64,000 bases of DNA from Leucoraja ocellata (Eukaryota), in the NCBI GenBank assembly GCA_036785375.1, contig JAWMAR010000471.1:1116001-1180000 (forward strand), read 5' to 3'. Position 1 is the first letter of the stretch. Each line of letters begins with the position of its first letter. The notes beneath the pieces were generated by a model. It was not told the origin of the DNA. It ran no database searches and was given only the letters and a program-made list of their open reading frames with translations. Position numbers and translations under genes: made by a program. Below, piece after piece: positions 1-11,102 of the stretch.

Positions 1-1095
1 ACTAAGTTACAGAGATAGGTTGAATAAGTTAGGTCTTTATTCTCTGGAGCGCAGAAGGTTAAGGGGGGAATTGATAGAGGTCTTTAAAATGATGAGAGGG
101 ATAGACAGAGTTGATATGGACAAGCTTTTCCCTTTGAGAATAGGGAAGATTCAAACAAGAGGACATGACTTCAGAATTAAGGGACAGAAGTTTAGGGGTA
201 ACATGAGGGGGAACTTCTTTACTCAGAGAGTGGTAGCGGTGTGGAATGAGCTTCCAGTGGAAGTGGTGGCGGCATGTTCGTTGGTATAATGTGGATAAGT
301 GTGAGGTTATGCATTCTGGTGGCAAAAACAGCAAAGCAGACTATTATCTAAATGGTGGCCGACTAGGAAAAGGGGAGATGCAGCGAGACCTGGTTGTCAT
401 GGTACACCAGTCATTGAAAGTAGGCATGCAGGTGCAGCAGGCAGTGAAGAAAGCGAATGGTATGTTAGCTTTCATTGCAAAAGGATACGAGTATAGGAGC
501 AGGGAGGTTCTACTGCAGTTGTACAGGGTCTTGGCGAGACCACACCTGGAGTATTGCGTACAGTTTTGGTCTCCAAATCTGAGGAAGGACATTATTGCCA
601 TAGAGGAGTGCACAGAAGGTTCACCAGACTGATAACACCAGACAAGGGTCGCAGCTTAAGGATAAGGGGGAAATCCTTTAAAACTGAGACGAGAAGAACT
701 TTTACACACAGAGTGGTGAATCTCTGGAACTCTCTGCCACGGAGGGTAGTCGAGGCCAGTTCATTGGCTATATTTAAGAGGGAGTTAGATGTGACCCTTG
801 TGGCTAAGGGGATCAGAGGGTATGGAGAGAAGGCAGGTACGGGATACTGAGTTGGATGATCAGCCATGATCATATTGAATGGCGGTGCAGGCTCGAAGGG
901 CCGAATGGCCTCTACTTCTGCACCTAATTTCTATGTTTCTATGTATCATTTAAAAATAAATTGGATAGGCATATGGATGAGAAGAGAATGGAGGGTTATG
1001 GTATGAGTGCAGGCAGGTGGGACTAAGGGAAAAAAAGTTGTTCGGCACGGACTTGTAGGGCCGAGATGGCCTGTTTCCGTGCTGTAATTGTTCCG
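1..1095 (+). mobile_element. Nested CR1 LINE 3' fragments (one CR1, ~283-944, inserted into another)
   Basis: ORFs give CR1 RT C-terminal motifs ([37 protein letters not shown]). Inner element ends in a (TTCTATGT)n tail at ~930-944, after which the outer element resumes. Confidence 0.9.
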
Positions 1096-1307
1096 TGCTG
1101 TAAACCAAACTATACTAAAGAAAACTAACCTAAACGAAATTAAATCTCCACTCGGCGAGGGAACAATTCAAGGATCCATAAATAACGTTTCCATACATTT
1201 TGCAAACATGTGATGAACTACCGGAGACGGTAACTAGTTTCTGTGTGTGTCACAGTCTCCAACAGTCAATGTTAAAACAATAACTATTCCCCTGTTATTT
1301 TCCGCAG

Positions 1308-1612
1308 ATACATTTCCGCGGGTTCCCAGAGTCCGCCTCAACAATCCTCTCTTTCTGGTGACACTGCCACCTTTAACTGCGTATATTCCGGATTCTGCTC
1401 GTACACAGTACACTGGTACCGACAGTTCCCAGGGCAGGCTCTGGAATTCCTGCTCCAAAGACACACTTCAGGAAAGCAAGACGAGGAAGAGGCTGCCGAA
1501 GGTCGTATTTCTGGTTCTCTCGATCCTGCCCAGAAAATCAGTCAGTTAACGCTCTCTGAATTACTGCCGAGCGACGAGGCTGTGTATTACTGTGGGATGA
1601 GTCCGCGCATCG
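1308..1612 (+). pseudogene. Supporting TCR-delta-like V segment, copy 1 (leaderless; 1-nt deletion just after the splice acceptor)
   Basis: Acceptor ttttccgcag ends at 1307. Near-identical to 13793-14098 but has atacatttccgcg where copy 2 has attccattttcgcg (frameshift). Other frame reads ..TFNCVYSGFCSYTVHWYRQFPGQALEFLL..DEAVYYCGMSPRI. Confidence 0.85.
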
Positions 1613-1651
1613 CACAGTGGCACAGCGCAGTGAGATAGCTGTACCAAAACC
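1613..1651 (+). promoter_or_regulatory. 23-RSS (CACAGTG-23-ACCAAAACC)
   Basis: Heptamer 1613-1619, 23-nt spacer, nonamer 1643-1651, directly after the V exon. Confidence 0.92.
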
Positions 1652-1815
1652 TCAGCGTGGCGGGATACAGGCACACAGCCCTGCAGAACATCTGGGGCGC
1701 TAACCGAGAACCTCAGTGTAGTATGGATTGTTTACACGTTGCCACGGAAGGAGGGAAAGACAAAATTATAAAGATAAATTATGTTGAGACATACAGAAAC
1801 ACAATTAGTCTGGGA

Positions 1816-2037
1816 NNNNNNNNNNNNNNNNNNNNNNNNNNNNNNNNNNNNNNNNNNNNNNNNNNNNNNNNNNNNNNNNNNNNNNNNNNNNNNNNNNNNN
1901 NNNNNNNNNNNNNNNNNNNNNNNNNNNNNNNNNNNNNNNNNNNNNNNNNNNNNNNNNNNNNNNNNNNNNNNNNNNNNNNNNNNNNNNNNNNNNNNNNNNN
2001 NNNNNNNNNNNNNNNNNNNNNNNNNNNNNNNNNNNNN
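1816..2037. other. Assembly gap (N run)
   Basis: Run of N. Confidence 1.
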
Positions 2038-3085
2038 GTCGACCCGCCCTAAGGGGCTTGCCTGTTTTCTACCGGGATGTGTTAAGAGTGAGGAATCTGG
2101 TTGTTTTCAGCCAGCGTGTTGCTCCACGAGGGGAGGGGGATGTTGCGGCTGCGGGAGTGGCCGGTCCTCAACAAATCATGGCGGGTGTCGAGGAGAGGCG
2201 TGCGCTAGAGTGGTGTTAAATGAGCTCTTACCCGCTCCGTCAGATCTGCTCATTGGGCCCCGGTTCCGGGATATATCTCGGGCACCGGTTCCACACAACT
2301 GAGCCGCCTTTCGGAGATGATTAGCGTGCCGTTTCGTGATGCGAAGAGACGCTCACTGTATAGAATGTTCCTGCACATTCTGCACCTCCGTGCCTTCGTC
2401 TCCCGTCCCGACACACCATGGCGGACGGTGATACCACCTGAAGGCGGGGAAAGTCCCCAGTGGGGGTTGCTCTACAAGCGAGTTGTCCCCCTTTACGTGG
2501 GGGACCTGGGGTGGAGAGTGCTGCACAGAGCTGTGGCGTGTAACAAACTTTTGAGTCGGTTCACGGACTCGTCCGCTGCCTGTATTTTTTGTGGCGAGGA
2601 AGAGACCGTGTTCCACATTTCTATGGAGTGTGAGAGGCTACTGCCCCTGTATCAATATCTGAAGGGGTTGTTCCTAAAGTTCTGGCTACATTTTCGTCCT
2701 ACGATTCTTGTGTTTGGACACAAGGCAGGGTGTGGGGAGAGCCAAGTGGGAGGGTGTGACCTACCTGTCGGTCTACTCCTGGGCCTGGCCAAGATGGCCA
2801 TACGCGGGTCCAGGCAGCAGGCGATGGATGGTAAGGCAGGAGTCGGCTGCTTGCCCCTCTTTCGGTCTACGTCCGTGCACCTGTGTCCTGGAGAGGGAAC
2901 ATGCGGTGCTCACGGGGACTTTGGAGGTATTCGTGGGCGCTGGTCACCGCGTGGTGTTGAGAGTATTGTGAATAATGATTGTAACGTTGTACTATAATGA
3001 CACGATATATTGTAAGTTCGTTTTGTGTATGACTTGTTCTGTTGTATTATTTGATGTGTTGAATAAAGTCTTTGAAAAAGAAATA
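2038..3085 (+). mobile_element. Tx1/L1-clade non-LTR retrotransposon, 3' end
   Basis: ORF 2317-2997 has the L1/Tx1 C-terminal zinc finger (GDLGWRVLH..ACIFCGEEETVFH..EC). Followed by AATAAA, an A-rich tail and (GA)n. Confidence 0.85.
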
Positions 3086-3374
3086 AAGAGAGAGAGAGAT
3101 AATCTCCCGCTTCCCTGAACGGAATCGAATTCGTACCCGGGAGCATGAGGGAAACTGGCTTAATTATTGTGCCTTAATCTACGTAACTCATCCTGGCCAT
3201 GGAAGGGAGAAAGAAGGGAGAGAGAACTGGAGAGGGAAGGGGAGTGGTTAGGGGTAGAGAAGGGGAAAGGAGTGGAGACAGTTTTAAATTTAACGAGATC
3301 AAGTGCAGACCGTTGGTTCTGGTCCCCGAACGTCCACAATAAGTGGGTTTCTGGTTTCCTAAGTGGTGCATGGG

Positions 3375-4003
3375 CTTTAGCATTCATAGCAATAGGATTT
3401 GAATATAGGAGCAGGGAAGTTCGGCTGCAGTTATACACGGTCTTGATGAGACCACAGCTGGATTATTGGTAGAGTTTTGGTCTCCAAATCTGAGGAAAGA
3501 TATTCTTGCCATAGAGGGGAGCACAGAGCAGGTTCACCAGACTGATTCCTGGGATGTCAGGACTTTCATATGAAGAAGACTGGATAGACTCGGGTGTACT
3601 CGCAAGAATTTAGAAGATTGAGGGGGATCTTATAGAACTTACAAATTGTTAAGGGGTTAGACAGGCTAGATGCAGGAAGATTATTCCCGATGTTGTGGAA
3701 GTCCAGAACAAAGGGGTCACAGTTTAAGGATATGGGGGAAATCTTTTAGGACCGAGATGAGAAAAAAGTTTTTCACAGAGAGAGTGGTGAATCTTTGTAA
3801 TTCTCTGCCCCAGAAGGTAGTTGAGGCCATTTCCTTGGCTATATTTAAGAGGAGTTAGATGTAGCCTTATGGCTAAAGGGGTGGAGAGAAGGCAGGAACA
3901 GGATACCGAGTTGAATGATCAGTCATGATCATATTGAATGGCGGTGCAGGCTCTAAGGGCGAATGGCCTACTCGTGCACCTATTTTATATGTTTCTATGT
4001 TTC
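3375..4003 (+). mobile_element. CR1 LINE 3' fragment
   Basis: FEYRSREV.LQLY and KKFFTERVVNL motifs; CR1 3' UTR and ttctatgt tail. Confidence 0.85.
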
Positions 4004-5224
4004 TCTGAGAGACATAAGCTCCGGAGATAAACATGCGATCGAACACGGGAACCACCCCCTCAGACCTGCGCAAGAAGCGTTGGGAATCAGCGTGGAGCTG
4101 AAAGAAAAACATTAAAGATTCATACAAGAAATTTTCACTTTTATTTAGCTGGATAGAAACTTCCAAATTTGTTTCACGAGAGATCAGAAATTTAAAAAAA
4201 AAAACACGTAGTAAGGCTTTGTAGAGTTAATCGGGAGAATCATCAATATTGTTATGGGGCATACAATATACTTTCAATGGAGACAAAAGCGGAGGGTAAG
4301 ATTTCAGCAACGGAATTCAAGCCATTTGGCCTAAGGAGCCTGCTGCATTCATAGAAACACACGAGTAGGTAAATGGACAATGGTCTTCGTTATGATTATC
4401 CCTACTAAATGGCGAGAAATATGGTTCAAAATTTTCCCCACCACACAGAATAATTCCGCTCACATTTACATGTCACGGAATGCGCGAATAAACATGTCCC
4501 CGTGAGGGGATGCTGCATGATAATGTTGGCAAAGTTGACATGTGGACACCTGGAGGAGTTTATTATCACTTAATATATTAGACATTGGTTTGTGAACGAC
4601 AGAGTGCACGAGCAATGTTTATTTTAGAACACGATAACTTCATTTTAATTCATAAATGGCAGAATATTTTATTTTCTTCACAGTTTGCGAGGGAAGAGGA
4701 GAAATAGGTAGATACAAAGTTAACCCCCCACCAGCCCCAATTTTGTAGTATCAGGGGAACATTATGCGGCTTGCCGCCTCTTGAGTGCAAATGAACAGCA
4801 GGCAGTATCTCTACAGGAAAAGGATAGATGACGGTTCTGGTCAGGATCCTTCTTCCGTCTGCAAGTAGGGCGAGGCCACTGGATGCAAGAGTAGGCCAGA
4901 ACGAGGCAGGGAAGGCAACACGTGACTAGGAAATGAAGGAGCCCATAATGGCCCATTGTTGGCTGTGGAATAAGTGGTCACACACAACTACAAAGATGCG
5001 AGCAGTACTACTAGTGTGATGACTATGTTGGGGGTGATTGTGAGAGAAATGGAGTCAAGCGACCTACGAGATGCTGTTCCTCCATTTTGTGCGTGGCCTC
5101 GTTCTAGCAGTTGAGGAGGACAACGACAGAATGGTTTATATGGGAATGGGTAGAGGTGTTAAAATGTTTGCCCACCTGGGAACGTAAAGGACAATGTGGA
5201 AATTGATTTATTACCGTAAATGGG

Positions 5225-5580
5225 AGCCACAGAGTCACAGAGTCACAGAGTGATACAGTGTGGTATCAGGACCTTCGGCCCAACTCGCCCACACCGGCCA
5301 ACAATATCCCAGACACACCAGTCCCACTTGCATGCGCTTGGTCCATATCCCTCCAAATCTCTCCTATCCAAGTAACTTTCTAACTGCTGCTTAAACGACG
5401 GGATAGTCCCAGGCACAACTACCTCTTGTCGCAGCTTGTTCCGTACATCCACTAACCTTTGTATGAAAATGTTTCCCCACCGAATCCTCTTAAATATGTT
5501 TCCCTTCTCCTTGATCCAATGTCCTCTGGTCGTAGATTCACTGGGCAAACGACTCTGTGCATCTAACCGATATATTCATC
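5225..5580 (-). mobile_element. Degenerate CR1 3' fragment (paralogous copies at ~16150-16500, 22060-22420, 52590-52950)
   Basis: TRGH..K.KG..F..RGNIFIQR.V..RNKL motif and CR1-type 3' UTR on the minus strand. Confidence 0.7.
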
Positions 5581-6205
5581 TCACGATTTTGTATTTCTGG
5601 CACTCCTCACCTATAGCTTTACTTTCGATAGACGTTTTCCATATACAGAAGGTATTTTAAACACGGTATCTGTATGAAACTTTGCACAATCCACATCATC
5701 CGCTGCTAAAACAGCAGATTCTCTTGAAGCCGAAAATCTCGTCAATGAGCAATTTTTAACGTTTTTTTTAATGATAAAAGGAATTCATCAAACAACACGT
5801 TGCACCTATTCAACTGAAAATATTCACTCGTTTTGAAAACAACATGTTTCAGCCTTATGTATACATATTCGTGAACACACAGAAGTTGGATGATTGAACG
5901 GGGCACATGGGAATACGTACACGAGTTGAGACTCAGTTGAGCCCATGAACCCCCGAAGCCGTTGGGCGTGTCCGACAGGGCGAATGGACATAAAATGCTG
6001 TATTTCCATATTTTATTTTTATTTTTTATTTAACCTTTATTTAACCAGGAGAAGTCTCGTTGAGATTAAAAATCTATTTTACAAGAGAGTCCTGGCCAAG
6101 ACTGACAGCAGCACAGTTCCACAGTTCCACAGTTCCACAGTTCCACATATACACCATACAGCAAAGGAACGCATGGAGACCAGCTGGTCACTCGTTTGTG
6201 TTATA

Positions 6206-7463
6206 TTATTTTAACTCACACTTTACCGATTTAAATATCTTTCCAGTGCAAATGATCGGATATGTTAGAACACGAAACAGCTCCTCTCTGAACTTGCTCT
6301 GGGTCACTGTGTAAATGGCCGTGTTGGTGCAGGAGCTCAGCAGCTGAAGCATAAATCCAACCCTTTCCAATCCACCCAAGGGGTTTCCCCAGGCCTTGTG
6401 CATAAACACATTCAAACATCGAACCGCAATAAACTGTGCAACACTTGTGGCCCAGAGCAGGATGAAGCAGCTCGAGATTGCCAGAAGTAAAACGACCGAC
6501 CGTCTGCGGTTCACCATCTCCTGGTCTTTCTTTTTCTCGCCACCGCTGAGGTCCCGGAGGTTCCTGCGGACCCGACTGGCCACGAAAATACGTCTGACGG
6601 TGAGCGCGTTAAACAACAAAATCAGGCAGAATGGAATCACCGGGGTGAACAACTGTTCGGCCCAAGAGAACACTATCCATTCGGGATCGACGTAGAAAGA
6701 TACGAGTTTCAGGCAGCCCACTTCTCTACCCGCACCGTAAAAAGTGGTGTATGCAAAGGGCAAGGGTAGATTTTTGAGGCAGATGAGCGGGCTCACGGTC
6801 AGGATAACAATCGTCGCGGTTCTCTCGGTACAATATTTGGTTTTCATTCTCTGAGTAGAAATCGCAACAAAGCGATCAAAGGTGAAAGCGACCGTGAACC
6901 ACACAGAACAATTAACAGAGACTGATGCCAGGTAGATTGTCATTTTACACACATGAGTGTAGGGCACGGAGGCATGCCACCAATACATATCAGCAATCCG
7001 GCGAAATATCACCTCACAGAGAATCACGGAGAGGTCCGCCGTCGCCATGGCTACCATGTAACGAGTGATGCACTTGGAGAGGCCGCACTTGCCACGGGAC
7101 AGGATCACAATCGCTATCAGATTCACTGGGAAAGAATGAAAACAGAAACGGATTAATTTTGAGGTGTACAGGTTGGTGGGATGGGAGCAGACGGAGAAAA
7201 CCGAAGATCTGGGGAAAACCCAAAAGGATACGGGGAGCAGTGCAATCTCCGTACAGACAAGCGCTGTAAGACAGTTACTCTAGCGCTGTACCAGCGTGCC
7301 GCCCGAACCCCCGCTGGGCTACTCACTATGTCCTCTTAACCTTTAATATTCTGCGCTTTTCAAACATGAGATGTGCCGACAATTACCTACCAGGTATACC
7401 GATTGCTGCCAGAATCGGATAATACACAAGTCCTATTTTTACCTCGATCGGAATACCGTGCAT
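6206..7463 (-). CDS. Class A GPCR, GPR139/GPR142-like, copy 1; exon1 7463-7391, exon2 7125-6206; 330 aa
   Basis: 7TM ORF with MAxAD (TM2), FTFDRF (DRY variant), TM3 and ECL2 Cys, and SSCTNTAIY (NPxxY variant). Exon 1 ATG..MHGIPIEVKIGLVYYPILAAIGIP|G gtaggt splices in phase 1 to acceptor ttctttcccag|TGAAT. Confidence 0.9.
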
Positions 7464-7542
7464 TTTAATACGGGGATCCAGGCGATCACTCCTTGTGCTG
7501 CAGTTCAGCGGTTGTCAGCCAAGCAAACAAATATCTGCCATA

Positions 7543-7548
7543 TTTATA
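7543..7548 (-). promoter_or_regulatory. Putative TATA box of GPCR copy 1
   Basis: TATAAA on the minus strand 80 nt upstream of the ATG; same offset in all four paralogs. Confidence 0.6.
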
Positions 7549-7649
7549 ATGCAAATGAAGGGAAAAACAGGCAACGAGATTACATCCCTGTGGACATCAC
7601 TTACACACTTTTGAACAAACATCTACGGTTTTGCATGTAATACTCAAAA

Positions 7650-10280
7650 TCACCTTAGTCTTAAACTGTGTCCCCTGGTTCTGCACGCCCCCAACATCGG
7701 GAACATGGTTCGCGACTCTAGCGTGTCCAAACCCTCAATAATCATATATGTTTAAATAAGAACCCCTCTCATTCTTCTAAATTCCAGAGTATACAAGATC
7801 AGCCGCTCCATTCACTCAGCATGTAACAGCCACACCATCCCGAGAATTAACCTTGTGAACCTACGCTGCATTCCCTCAGTAGCAAGAATATTGGACCGGC
7901 TAGATGCAGGAAAAATGTTCTGGATATTGAGAGTGTCCAGAACCAGATGTCCCAGTTTAAGAATAAGCGGTAGGCCATTTAGAAACATAGAAACAGAAAA
8001 TTCGATGCCGGAGTAGGACATTCGGTCCTTCGAGGCAGAACCGCCATTCAATGTCTTCATGGCTGAACATCTAAAATCAATACCTCGTTCCTGTTTTACC
8101 CCATATCCCTTGATTCCTTTAGTCCCAAGAGCTAAATCTAACGTTCTCTTGAAACGTCCGGTGAAAATTCCTCCACTCTATTCTGTGCCTGAGAATTCCA
8201 CTGATTTACAACTTTCTGGGTGAAAGAGACGTGCCCTCATCTCAGTCCTAAATGGCCTATCCTTATTCTTAAACATTGAACACTTATTTTCGACTCCCCC
8301 AACACCGGGAATATGTTTCCTGCATCTTGCCTTGCCAACCCTTTAAGAATGGTATATGTTTCTTTAACATTGCCTCTCATCCTTCCAAATGCCAGTGAAT
8401 ACAAGAACAATCAACCCGTCCTTTCATCATATGTCAGTCCCGCCATCGCGGGAATTAACCTGGAGAACCGATGCTGCACTTCCTCAATAGCAATCATGTT
8501 CTTCCTCAAATTAGGAGGTCAAAGTCATTCACACATGCGGTCTCACAATGGCCCAAAACACCTTAGGACTGAGATGAGGAAAATCTGTTTCACCCAGAGA
8601 GTTGTAAATCTGTGGAATGCTCTACCACAGAAGGCCGTGGAGTCCAATTCACTGGAATATTTCACAAGAGAGTTAGATTTAGCTCTTCGGGCTAAACGAA
8701 ACAAGGGATATGGGGAGAAAGCAGGAACGGTGTACTGATTTTAAATAGAAACATCGGAGCATAGAAATATAGGTGCAGGGAGAGGCTATAAGGCCCTTCC
8801 AGTCCGCGCCGCCATGATCATAGCTGCTCATCCACAAACAAATACCCGTGCCTTTCTTCTCCCCATGCCCCTGCATTCCGCTAGCCCCAAGACCTCTCGC
8901 TGTCTTTTAATTTCATCCAGTGAATTGGTCTCCACTGTCTTTTGTGGCAGAGATTTCCACAAATTCACAACTCTCTTGGTGAAAGAGATAATTCTCATCT
9001 CAGTTTTAAATGACCTCCCTTTTCTTCTTAGACGTTGGCCCCTGGTCTGTGCTCCCCCAGCATTGGGAACATTCTTCCTGCATCTAGCTTGTCCAGTACT
9101 TTTATAATTGTATATGTTTCTATAAGATCGCCCCCTCATCCTGCTGAATTCGAAAGAATACAAGCACAGTCTTTCTCATATTCCTCAAATGACAGACCTG
9201 CCATACCTGGGCTGGACCTTGTAAACTCCCTCAATAGCAAGGAAGTCCTTCCCCTAATTAGGAGACATAAACTGCACACAATATTCAACATGTTGTCTCA
9301 CCAGTGCCGTGTACAACTGCAGAAGGACCTCCTTACTCGTGTACTCAAATCCGCTCATTATGAAGGCCAACATGCCATTACATTTCTTTACTACCTGCTG
9401 TAGAACACCCAGGTCACGTTCCACTTCCCATTTTCCCCAATTGAAACCATTGAGATAATAATCTACCTCGATGTTCTTGTCGTCAAAGTGGATAATCTCG
9501 CATTTACCTGCATTAAACAGCATATGCCATGGCTTCCTTTACGCAGTTAAAACTGTCACCCAGCTTTGTGTCATCTGCAAATTTGCTCGTGTTACTTTTA
9601 ATTCCATAATCTAAATCACTAATATATATTATCAATAGTTACGGCCCGTGCACCGAGCCTAGCGGCACTCCACTCGCCACTGCCTGCCATTCTAACAGGG
9701 GCCTACTTGTTCCATTTTACTTGTCACATTCTCAAACATTCCAGATCGGAGTCAAGCAGGATTTCCCTTCCATAACTCCATGCTGACTTGGGCTAATCAT
9801 TTTACCGCTATCCAAATGCGTCGTTGTTACTTTAAAAATTGACTCTGGCATCTTCCCCAGTTCCGATATCAGGCTAACTGGTTTCTAATTTCCCGTTTTC
9901 TCTCTCCCTCCTTTCTTGAAAAGTGGGGTAACATTAGCTCCCCTCCAATCCACAGGAACTGATCCTGAAGCTATAGAACATTGGAAATGATCAATAAATA
10001 CGTCCACGATTTCTAGAGCCACTTCCTTGAGTAGTTGTGATGCAAACCATCACACCCTGGGTATTTAGCAGGCTACAGTCCCATCAGTTTACCCAATGCT
10101 ATTTCTTGCCCAATGCAAATTTATTGCAGTTCCTCTTTCTCCAGAGACCCTCTGTCCTCTAGTACACCTGGGAGATTGTTGTGTCTTCCCTAGCGAAGAT
10201 AGAACCAAAGTACCTATTCAACTCTTCTGCCATTTTCTTGTTCCCATAATTATTTCACCTGTTCTGCCTTCTAGGGACTG
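7650..10280. mobile_element. Mosaic of CR1 LINE fragments in both orientations
   Basis: Repeated CR1 motifs (TEMRK..FTQRVVNLWN, EYCVQF, GMLAFI) on both strands with stops and frameshifts. Confidence 0.8.
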
Positions 10281-10585
10281 ACATCTGCCTGAATGGTTCA
10301 GATGGTCTACTGAACGTCAGAGAAACGTGAAAGCCACGTCAGATGTTTCACATCAGATTCCGGGCCACCAAACAAATCAGCAGGTTTAACGGACCCCGTC
10401 TCTAATTCTCCGTCTATTCGCACATCGATTGGGATTTTTTCAAAACTCTCCAGGACAACACACTCACCGAAACGAACATACGAGCTGTTGCTCCAGCTCA
10501 GTTCTCCGGGATAGGCTGCAGGATCTGTCCGGCGACCTGGGTCCTGCCTCTCGCCAAGTAAACCATTTATCCCGGAGAAGGCGCG

Positions 10586-10628
10586 ATGGGAATCCTCCTG
10601 TTGTTTGTGCTGTCATTCTGCTTACGCC
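10586..10628 (+). CDS. Leader (L1) exon of the NAR-type V gene: MGILLLFVLSFCLR
   Basis: ATG at 10586, hydrophobic signal peptide, phase-1 donor C|gtgagt at 10629, ~140 nt upstream of the V exon. Confidence 0.85.
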
Positions 10629-10771
10629 GTGAGTACTCCCACACAATGCGGGTTTAACATAAAACTACTCGCGTCCACTCCGACCTGAATTTCAAACACT
10701 CCCCGTGATGTACCCTTCAGCCATGGTTCGCCTGGAATTCCCACTCACCTCTCCCTGTGTTTAATCCACAC

Positions 10772-11064
10772 ACTCCGTCAGTCAGTCAGTGACCCAGATC
10801 CCGAATGCGGTGACTGGAAAAGAGTGTGACCCCGTCACCATCACCTGCCTTTTCCAAGAAGGTTCCATTGGCAGCTACGTATTTAATGAAGGACATTTCG
10901 TCAAGCAAGCACAACCCGGTGCTACACGGCAGCGGATCACAACAGGTGGACGGATCGTTGTGTCGAACAATAAAGTGGAAAAGACATTTACGTTGAAAAT
11001 TCTTGGTTTGAGAGTTGAGGACATGGACACATATTACTGTCGAGCTGAGTACAAGTGGAGGAGG
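10772..11064 (+). CDS. NAR-TCR-type V segment (NTCRV-like); frame open but expected splice acceptor reads CAC rather than CAG
   Basis: QSVTQIPNAVTGKECDPVTITC..GHFVKQ..RITTGGRIVVS..KTFTLKILGLRVEDMDTYYCRAEY. Canonical Ig-V cysteines, the short C'-C'' region typical of IgNAR/NAR-TCR V, an extra FR1 Cys (KEC), and an RSS immediately downstream. Confidence 0.85.
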
Positions 11065-11102
11065 CACAGTGATGGGCCTGCGCTTCGCGCAGCACAAAAA
11101 CC
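11065..11102 (+). promoter_or_regulatory. RSS with 22-nt spacer (CACAGTG-22-ACAAAAACC)
   Basis: Perfect consensus heptamer 11065-11071 and nonamer 11094-11102. Confidence 0.95.

Noticed and set aside
1621-1651. Second heptamer-like CACAGCG inside the 23-RSS spacer (possible nested 12-RSS)
   Set aside because: Spacing to the nonamer is 15 nt, which fits neither 12 nor 23.
1657-2302. ORFs spanning X runs (also 31876-32640 and 33634-34011)
   Set aside because: Open only because they cross N-gaps.
6111-6147. (CACAGTTC)4 resembling tandem RSS heptamers
   Set aside because: No nonamer at 12- or 23-nt spacing; it is a short tandem expansion at the edge of an inserted element and has only about two copies in the paralog at ~17040.
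6206-7126. Assigning the gene symbol GPR139 or calling these olfactory receptors
   Set aside because: They lack OR motifs (MAYDRYVAIC, KAFSTC) and are multi-copy paralogs; orthology to GPR139 cannot be shown without a phylogeny.
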